64,000 bases of DNA, from the NCBI GenBank assembly GCA_965649825.1, contig OZ287706.1, positions 558,001-622,000 of the forward strand. Direction: 5' to 3'. The notes under the pieces are model-generated. The model was not told the DNA's origin. It searched no databases and saw only the letters and a program-made list of their open reading frames with translations. Shown piece after piece: positions 55,601 through 64,000 of this stretch. Position numbers and translations under genes: made by a program. How positions within the stretch are numbered: position 1 is the stretch's first letter; each line of letters starts with the position of its first letter. Origin of the DNA: Penicillus capitatus. Lineage: Eukaryota; Plantae; Chlorophyta.

Positions 55601-58600
55601 TTCCTGATCCGTCACGCCACTCCAGTGCATGGTACGCACAGCGAATCGAACGGTGGTGCAGTTGTGGATCCACAGCGCACAGCAGATCTCAAAGACATGA
55701 CGTCCAGTAAATCCTTCAACTCTGTGTTTCAGGCGAATAGGCACCAGCCCGACACTGATCTGGATTTCGACCTCCGCTCCAGTGACATCTTCGACAGAGG
55801 GTTCGAATTCGGACAAGGGAGGGTCATCAGCCGCCGAGAGATCGATCGCGATATCCGTGGTGGAGTACCCTGTGGGGACGAGGCGTAAGGTGGTGATGTC
55901 GCCTCCATGGATGGTGTAGCCTTGCATCGACGACCTCGGTGCCAGCTTTCCTTTCAGCGCCGTCGTCTTTCCGTCGTCACAGCTCGCAGCGACGCTGAGC
56001 GGAACGGGCAGAAAGTTGTGCACGATCACCGGCGCCTGAATTGAGATGACGGTGGTGTCGTCGGGAGATCGATGATCCACCCCCACCAACAACCACACGG
56101 ACTTCAGTCCTCCCGAAATGGCATCGCAGCAGACCTGTGTTCGAGATTGACCTTTAGGGATATTGCCAAGAGAGACGGACTGGCTCCAGGCGCACCGCAA
56201 TGGATATCTGTCTGCCGTGGTTGGCTGCGGACGGATCATGAAGCGACCGTGGGCTACCGTCATAATGGGAATCCAGAATGTATCGGACGGTTCCACAAAC
56301 GTCACCTGGTGGCGAATCTCTTCTCCCGTCCAGCATCCCACTTCGATCCGGTAGGCAGTCTCGTTCTTAATCAAGAAGTCTGAGCGAAGGTCCACTTGCA
56401 TTGCCCCGTCCGATCGGACATGGACGTCGCATGCCAGCGTCGTTCTCTTGGAGACGGATCTGTTGAAAAGGCGATCGACAGGATCCGACACGTCACGAGT
56501 GCTGGGAAAGAGAAAGCTGTTGCACTCAATGGCAAAACGGAAGGTTCCTGGCGAGATGGGCGAAAGGGGACCGCATGGCAGCAACTGATCGGTCAGTCGA
56601 AAAGCTAGCTGTCTGTCGACCTGCAGCAGGGATGCCCTCATACTGCTCTCGTACTCCTGCAGTTCTTTCTCCTCCAGGCCCTCCATTGTGAGGACAGGAC
56701 TGTTGTCGCTGTGCTGATCCATCTGATCTTCATTCGATTCCGTGATCGGATGACTTTGTCGAGGCTTCACAATGAGGAATGGCTCTGGCAATGGTCGCCT
56801 GTATGGATAGCACTCGATGTCGCTGCCGGTATGATTGTCGATCCAGTAGTGCACACGAGGCATCTCTTTGCATCTGGCTTGCACAGCAGATAACGATTTC
56901 GATGTCTTCAGCAACTGCACAGCTGTCCTTATCATCCCAGGAGTGATGCTGATCTCGACGGGCGTTGTGAAGGACACCTCGAGCGAAGTGATGGCGACTT
57001 TCTTGGAGGCAGAAGGATTGATAGCGGGAAGGTTTGCTTTGGCAGTAGCTCTGACGGAAGCCGACTCAAGAAGATGCTCCCATCCTAATCGCTGCCTGTT
57101 GTATGTCTGGAGCTCGATCGTGGCACGAAGGTCCAGGGCTGCCGCTCCTGACTGCCTGAGAGAATCCAGTGCGCCATTCACATCCTGCAAACGCAGATGC
57201 AGGAAAGGAAAGATGCTTTGCTGGGAGTCATCTTCGATAAGAATGGTGATGGATGGAATGCAGAGAGAGGCCATCAGGTGCTGGCGAAACAGAAAACGTT
57301 CGATTCCGCCACTGGTGGACACAGCAGGGGCAGCAGTACTGCCCTCGGCAGGTGCTCCAGACGGTGATGCCTGAAGAGGCCTCAGCTGCAGCAATGATTG
57401 TGACAGCTGAAAAAGAGGTGCCATCTTTTGAAGAGAGAGATCGACAGAGACGTTCTCGATCTCGAGCGCGACAGAGGCTGGATTTCGGGGTCCGGGTCGT
57501 TCTGCCTGTTTCGAGAGCTGAAGCTGCGCCACGAGATGTTGCAGATACAGGACGGGACCCAGCTTCCTGACAGTTTCCATCTGAAGCATCATGGGATCTG
57601 TGCATCGTACCCAGGATGACTGAAGCTCCATACGTTCCGTACGAACGCAGCAGCAAGCGTGCGATACTTCACCGTAGGCAGGGCCGAGGCAGAAGGCTGT
57701 CTGCAGCCTGGGAGGTTCATTCGACAAGGAACCTGTGGAGAGCAGAGGCACCGCGTCGATGATCACACTGATCCCATCTATCTTGGCACGTATACTGAAC
57801 TCTGGCCGCCTTTCTTGGTGGGACGACAGATGTGTATGCTTTACGGACTCCACATGACCTTGCAGCCTCTGTACAAACTCGCCAAGATGCGTCAAATTAA
57901 CAGCCACTTCGAGAGAGGCGACATCGAGATCTATGCCTCGTTCGTGGTTGATGTCCCACTGGATGCAGCGTCCAGGAGGTGCCGTGATCTTAGCGAGCAT
58001 CAGATCCAGTTCACTATCCTCCTCTGTCGTCTCCTCTTCCACTTCTGGTCGTGGAGAGGACGGCTCGTCCGATGCGGATTCGGGAAAAGGACTGAGGCCT
58101 CGATCTGCTCCGGCCATGAGGTAAGGCATCGTTTCGTGAACGGATTCGAATTCGGAGGTGAAGGGCTGGGAAGGACCGGCGCGTCTGGATGACGAGACAT
58201 TGCTGCCAGCTGTCTGCCACGAGGTCGAACTGGAAACGGAGCCGCTCTCATCTTCCTCGAGCGAGTCGTCTTTCGAAGCCAGTGCCTCTGAACTGCCTGG
58301 AAGGGCACATCCAGGAAGAAGACCTTCGTTCTTCAACACAAACGCTTCGGCATCGGGTACTTCCCGGACGGCTACGATATGTGCCTCGTTCCAGTACAGC
58401 GATCCAGAATGGGATCTGGGCGTGGTGTCTTGATGCAGATGCAATTGCATAAGTGAAAGGCAGAAGGGCAAACCCCTTGCGTATTTTGACTCCTTGAGAA
58501 CGAACTGCAGCTTCTCGACGTCCAGTGTAATATCTGTATTTAGTGCAAAGCTGTGGAGTACAGTATCCGTCGATGGGCTGTCGTGCTTGGGCTGCGGAAA

Positions 58601-61600
58601 AGTGCGTTGCATCTGATGCTGAAAAAGAGTGAGACTCGTTGTCACACTTTCCAGACAGTGTTCATCGAAGCATCCCTCGATGGAGCCCACCGAAAAACGG
58701 TATCTCACATCTCGTGCTGAGCACTCCGTCATGTGTTGGATGGCAGAGAGAAGCGTCTCGGCGCTGTGGTCCAAATGCATCTCCGAAATGTGCAAGACAG
58801 AGAGCAGCGTGTCGCCCTGCGGAAGGGGCACCAGAAGGCGTCCGTTCTGCACGAGGAACTGCTCGATCTCCATAACAGAACAGACAGGATGGCCATCTTC
58901 CGATACCATCTGTGTGTCTGCCGTCTTCAATTTGACGTTTGGCATGTTCAGAAACAACGCGGGCGAAGACTCTTTCTCGTTCGCGGCAATCACTCTTGGA
59001 AAAGAGAGAAACGACTCGCTAACGCTCAGCTGAAAGACGGAGACACTGTCCACTTTGCAAACGCCACGAGACGAGGCGTCTCCAGCAGCGGATGCCTTTG
59101 GAGGCGGCAGAAGAAACCCGAGAAAACGGACGAGAAATGTGGATCCCAAGGCAGCATGGTCCAGTTCGATGCCAAGCGCCCCACGTCCGATGGCAAGATC
59201 CAGAGAGAAAGATACCGTGTTGGTATCTCCGTTCGAGTGAATCTGTCCTCCAGATTCGCCCAAGTATCCGTTTCCTTCGACGCCGCTCAACGAACCGCGA
59301 CCGTGGATGCTGCCGTTCTCCAAGGCGAATGCGATAGAGCATTCTCGGGCGGAGACGCTTCTGCCGAGGCGAGGGATCATATGACGAATCGGAGGGCCAT
59401 CATGACCATCGTTCGATATGTCCTGCAGATGGAGCAACTGCAGAGAGCAATCTGAGTGCAGGCATTGGCCGCATTGCGTGACACGGATTGCCCCGGTCTG
59501 CGATGCGAAGGTTATGGACGTGACGATGCCCTCCTTTTCATCCACGACTCCATCGAAAGCGATCTTCAGTCGTGGGTAAGAGACAGAGATCTCGACGCTT
59601 CGATCGATCGCATTCAGATCGACAGAAGAAGAGAAGACGTCGCACAGATCGATGGATACTCCACCGGCGGCGATGCGCATCAGCAGTTTCACCGAATCCA
59701 TACCGTCCGAAGAGAGAGCCGCAAGATTTGCCTTCTGCATAACAGGCAACGCCGCTTCTGTTTCCAGATCCGAGGCCAAGAACAGCAAGGAATGAAAAAC
59801 GTCAGGGGTGATGGACAGAGCGATGGGAGTGAAGCGCCAGTCGCAAACGAGAAACGGAAGGCTGGCCTCCAACACCGACGTGTTGATGGAGAGATTGCCC
59901 GTTGCAGAGAAGGGATCCAAGAGGCCGACCTCTGTGTCGTCGTCCTGCAACTGAACGACAGCATTCTGCAGAGCGATGGCCCATCTCGCATAGACAAACG
60001 GATCCAGCACTTCACGCACAAAAGCATCTTCTGGCATCTCAGACAGCGATCTCAGGGAGAACTCTCTTTCCTGCAGCTTCCATACAGCTTCCCCAGATGC
60101 AGCTCTGAAGACAAGAGATGTCGTGCCATCGGATGAATGCAGCAACAGACGGGGAGAGAAAAAACGAAGCGTGATTGATGGCAGATGGAGGGGAGGGGTT
60201 AACTGAGAGAGCACTCGGCTCCGTTTTGTTGGCAAGGTGATATTGCTGACCTGCATCCATCTTCCAAGAGTCCACTGAGGCAGTTGATGCTGCAAAGTCG
60301 CGCATCGTTTGAACAGACCTGGACGAGGCGACAGGGAGATTCCGTTAGCGGTCACCTCGACGCCACTGTCCGATAGCTTCACGATCACTGCTGGCCTTCG
60401 GGCAAAGCTCACCATCAGACGCCCGTCAGCAACGGTTTTGTCCACTCCTGTCATGTCCGCCATCATCGCCCGACACGTACTGCCATCCCGTGCAATGTTC
60501 ATCTCCACCTGAACCTGCCCACCCGTAAATTCCACGATGTCCGAGGCAGCATCCGATATGCGAAAGCTCCAGCTGTCGATTTTCAGTTCGATAGAGGCCG
60601 AGAGCTTTGGAGTGGCCGTCTCTGTATCCTCGGCCTGGAGATCTGAGTAAACGCCTTTGATGTCTTCGTCGTTTGGGGCGGCTAAGACCAGAGGGTCCAT
60701 CTCCGAAGGTGAATGGAAGATACCAAAGAGGCTGGTAAGACCCCACGTCATCCATTGACGCCGCACGGCCTGTTGCGCTCCTCTTCTTGAGTGCTCGTCT
60801 TCGGCAACGCTCCGCAAAAGCATGATCGCATCAACTGGCAGTTCCGTCTCTGCTGCCTCAAGTTTTGACCGCAGCTCAGGAGGCGCAGCCTGTCTGCGAG
60901 AATCGGCTTCCATTTTCTCTTGATAGAGCGGCAGGTAGAGACGACGCCATTCGCCATACTTCAGCAATCGACTCTTGGAGAATGCTCTGGATGGGCAGTC
61001 TTCCAAATCCTGCAATCCATTCTCCTTCACAGCTCTGTGATCGTGGGTGGGTGGCATCAGACCTGCAGGACAGACCGGATGGCATATCTCCAGGCAGAAA
61101 CGTTGTCCATTTTTTGCAGGGCGCCGATTCCTAGCACCTTCCTTTCGAACGCCGTCTTCCACCTTTCCGGTCGGTGATGCGCATAGAGAGAGCGTTTCCT
61201 CCAGACAGAGAGATCGTCCAGAAAAGAGGCGATTGAAACGAGCTGCCCTTCGTCAAGAGATCCGTCCAGACGCTCCACCACGATATGCACCTCTCCCTCC
61301 CTCTCCGACGTCGGCAGGGACTGAAGATAGAGGTACACCTGAACAGATGTCGGCGACAAGAGACAGCACATCTCTGTATCCGTCTTTTCGGCATCGGGAA
61401 TCCAGAACAGCGTGAGCCCCTGCACTGACAGGGACTTCAGAATCTCACTCTCGGCGATCGGATCCCTTGGCTGCCCTGCTGCCATCTCGGTCCCTTCCAT
61501 CGTCTGGATGCTGGCAATGTCGATACCAAATCGGTAGAGAGGCACGTGCGGTGCCCGTCGATCTTCGAAGTCGACGTGAATCGCATCGATTTTGAGCTGA

Positions 61601-62139
61601 ATGCGTTGGAGGAGTGCATTCCAGAGCCGAATGCCGAACTGCCAGAAGAGGTTCCCAGATGTCGTCGCACTTGATGACACTCGACGAAACTCTGCGGCGA
61701 GGATGTCCCTCTGTTTGACGTGCGCCCTGCGTTTCAGACAGTCCTCTCGATGCCACTCTCGACGAAAGGCCAATCGGAGATGCACGTTAGAAATGTGCAC
61801 GGTGACAGGACCCATATGCAATGCCCTCCATGGGACCTGCCATGTCTCTCACTCACTCACCCATACCCAAACGAAAAGACCTTGAATGCACTTGAATCTG
61901 TAGCTGCTTGATGTAACCGTCCTGTACGTGCAGCGGCAGACCGGTGTGATCGAAGGCGTCCTCTCTGATTCTTGCATCCTCGATCGTGACGCCTAGGAAA
62001 GGGAAGACGATGGGTTGGTGTGAAGCGAAGACAGGTGGCGGGTACCATTCCAGAGACTGATTTTGAGCTGCTCGGTCTTGACGTCGATCAAATGCCCCAG
62101 AGAACTCGCGAGGAGATCCGATATCCACGATTCGAACAT
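52670..62139 (-). CDS. VPS13: VPS13-family lipid-transfer protein (~3100 aa)
   Basis: Chorein-N start MFESWISDLLASSLGHLIDV...LKISLWNG, then VPW...PVTVHISNV and IQLKIDAIHVDFED. A VAB/SHR-BD region contains PRYVLNN, WSGG, PYRLDN and PYAWD. The C-terminus has VGSADILGDP and GVVGFSRG. Three short N-terminal introns precede one ~8.3-kb reading frame. Confidence 0.95.
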
Positions 62140-62689
62140 CAGTCCGTCGGATAACCCAAACAAAACGCTAATAGGCGAAGGGCCCAGGCCGTTACATCAA
62201 GGGCGATGTCCTCGCAGTCGCGTCACCATTCTGCGCATGGTCTCTTCCGTATGTGCACGGGTCCAGTGAGTCGCCTTCTCGCAGACAAGTGCCCACTGTT
62301 TGCCGCCATCTATCATTTGAACGCGTTCGCTTGCTCCGCATCGATCTCCTTCGGGTGATGCCGTGCGCAAGGCGCTTTTGTCGTGGTGGAACGGAAGATA
62401 TGGCGCGAAGTGATTGAGAGCAGAGAGCGCGATGGTGGGCGATACATTGGGCCACCTCTTGTCGCTCGATCATCTCAGCTGCCTCCCGGGATTCGGCCGC
62501 GTTCCTGGACAGCGGAAAATCTCGTTTAGACTTCGAACTGACGGCAAAGTGATTGTCTCTTAGTAAACATCCGCACATCGTCGATGCACCGTCGATGTCT
62601 TCTGCGTCTGACTTGAGTTGTGTGTCCTGATGCGCGGCAAACGCGTCCCTGAGGAGAGCTTAAAACGCCAGGGCATTATGTACACACCA

Positions 62690-63140
62690 GTTCACAGGAT
62701 TCAAACGGCCGACCGACCGACCGACCGACCGACTCTTTCGAAACCCAGTTCCGCAGACCACAGACGGCAGGTTGCGTCCAAGGACGACACGCTGAGCAGT
62801 GCCGTCTCCATCCTTATACGCAAAGGAATGGCGATCAGACTGTTTACGCGTCCGTCCATTGCCTTGCCATGCTGTCCCCGAGTATCTTCTCGCAGCGACC
62901 AGGCGCAGCGAAGGAGTCTGTGGAAGAAGAGGCAAAGAGTGTTTCGCTGCAGTTGATTTTCACGTCCGTAATCTCCTCCATGTGTCCGTGACATGTGACT
63001 CTGGGGAGACGAATCTGATCTCCCCAGTTGTCGCTACGCCTTCATTTGCTCTCGGTATGGCGTAGCGTTCCTTCATACCTATGGCCGCGCAGGTGACGGC
63101 TTTCTTGTGTCTTCGACATGTTTTGTCGTGCTGCAGAGTC
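62690..63140 (-). pseudogene. Frameshifted WD40 gene remnant, PHIP/BRWD-like
   Basis: TLQHDKTCRRHKKAVTCAAI, VTCHGHMEEITDVKINCSETLFASSSTD and RVNSL...LLSVSSLDATCRLWS are collinear with BRWD WD blades but lie in three different frames without plausible introns. Confidence 0.45.
62709..62733. repeat. (GACC)n microsatellite, ~6 units
   Basis: CCGACCGACCGACCGACCGACCGAC. Confidence 0.9.
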
Positions 63141-64000
63141 TTAAAAAGTTAGTTGGCGCATTTTCTATAAACGAGCTCACTATTGCTGATGGGACATATG
63201 GTGCCACGCATTCGCGTTCAAGGAGACGACCTTCTCTGAAGCTGTTCATAGACGAAAAGGAAAGACAATCATAATTAACAGCGTTGACAGAAAACGTGCA
63301 TTCTTGGGGATCGGGAAGGCGTCCCCTTTACATCAAGGAATGTTAGTGGACTCTGAACAGCATCTAATCATTCATACCACATGTGCATTGTCCAACATAC
63401 TGTTCACCTTGAGAGACGCATGCCGTTTATTTTTGCGCAAGACGCTTTCCTCTGTGCGTTTATTCAAGGTAGATGATGGATCGTGTTTGTATACACTGGA
63501 TATTGTCGGGGATCGTGTGTAAGAGCAGTTTCTAAGACAGCCGAGTCTTTACGCGCCGATACGACAGAAACACAATCGGATTTGATGCGATACGAACAGG
63601 AGTTATTACAAGGGAGAATGTCCGCCTTATATACCCAGGTTGGTTACAGTTTTCCTAACCTTAGTACCTAACAGTCGTGAACTTCTAGCGCAAGTCGATA
63701 AGCACATGCCTATCGTTATGGGGAAGTTAGCTCGGGAGCCGACATCCGTCGCGACCGATGGTCAGCGCGCCTGGATGGTTAGACTACGGCTCTCCTACTT
63801 CCGGTGGTTTACAGACGGCAGTTAAACGCTACACCTCCTACAGATATCGCTTTGTGTTTTCCAGCATTCTCGGATATGACATTAGTGTGGGGCCGTTGAT
63901 TTGACCCGACAGATTGATAGGATAAACGAAATGACGTTTCGCATTGAAAGGGCAGAATCATTGTATGAAGAACTCCGTTCTTTTTAATCCGCTTCAAGTT

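Noticed and set aside
52676-60136. Many 100-380 aa ORFs overlapping VPS13
   Set aside because: These are shadow ORFs expected in GC-rich coding DNA and have no motifs.

Overview
This is eukaryotic nuclear DNA from a compact, gene-dense genome with tiny GT-AG introns, mostly 44-61 nt. Plastid genes (TIC21, TyrP-type permease), a class II photolyase and TGTAA poly(A)-type signals point to a chlorophyte green alga; a siphonous ulvophyte is plausible but is inference. About 20 spliced protein-coding genes can be reconstructed by hand. They include VPS13, CPD photolyase, GST, an ABHD17-like hydrolase, a U-box/ankyrin protein, a DOT1-like methyltransferase, three trypsin-fold proteins with Glu at the catalytic Ser position, two paralogous Ala-rich secreted proteins, and one very large API5-like/RRM/repeat/SPOC protein. 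An intact 4.9-kb Ty3/Gypsy element (45044-49940, minus) has identical LTRs, a Gag-protease ORF, a -1 frameshift signal with a pseudoknot, and a degenerate dUTPase-like domain. The least explained feature is a ~240-260 nt sequence present four times (7.1, 28.1, 37.0, 51.7 kb). Its core is ~99% identical between copies while the homologous flanks have diverged. It has Pol III A/B boxes, a predicted pseudoknot, and an upstream array of GACGACT motifs. It is a candidate unidentified ncRNA gene family, possibly carried by a decayed DNA transposon. All exon structures and family calls come from manual reading, not database searches.
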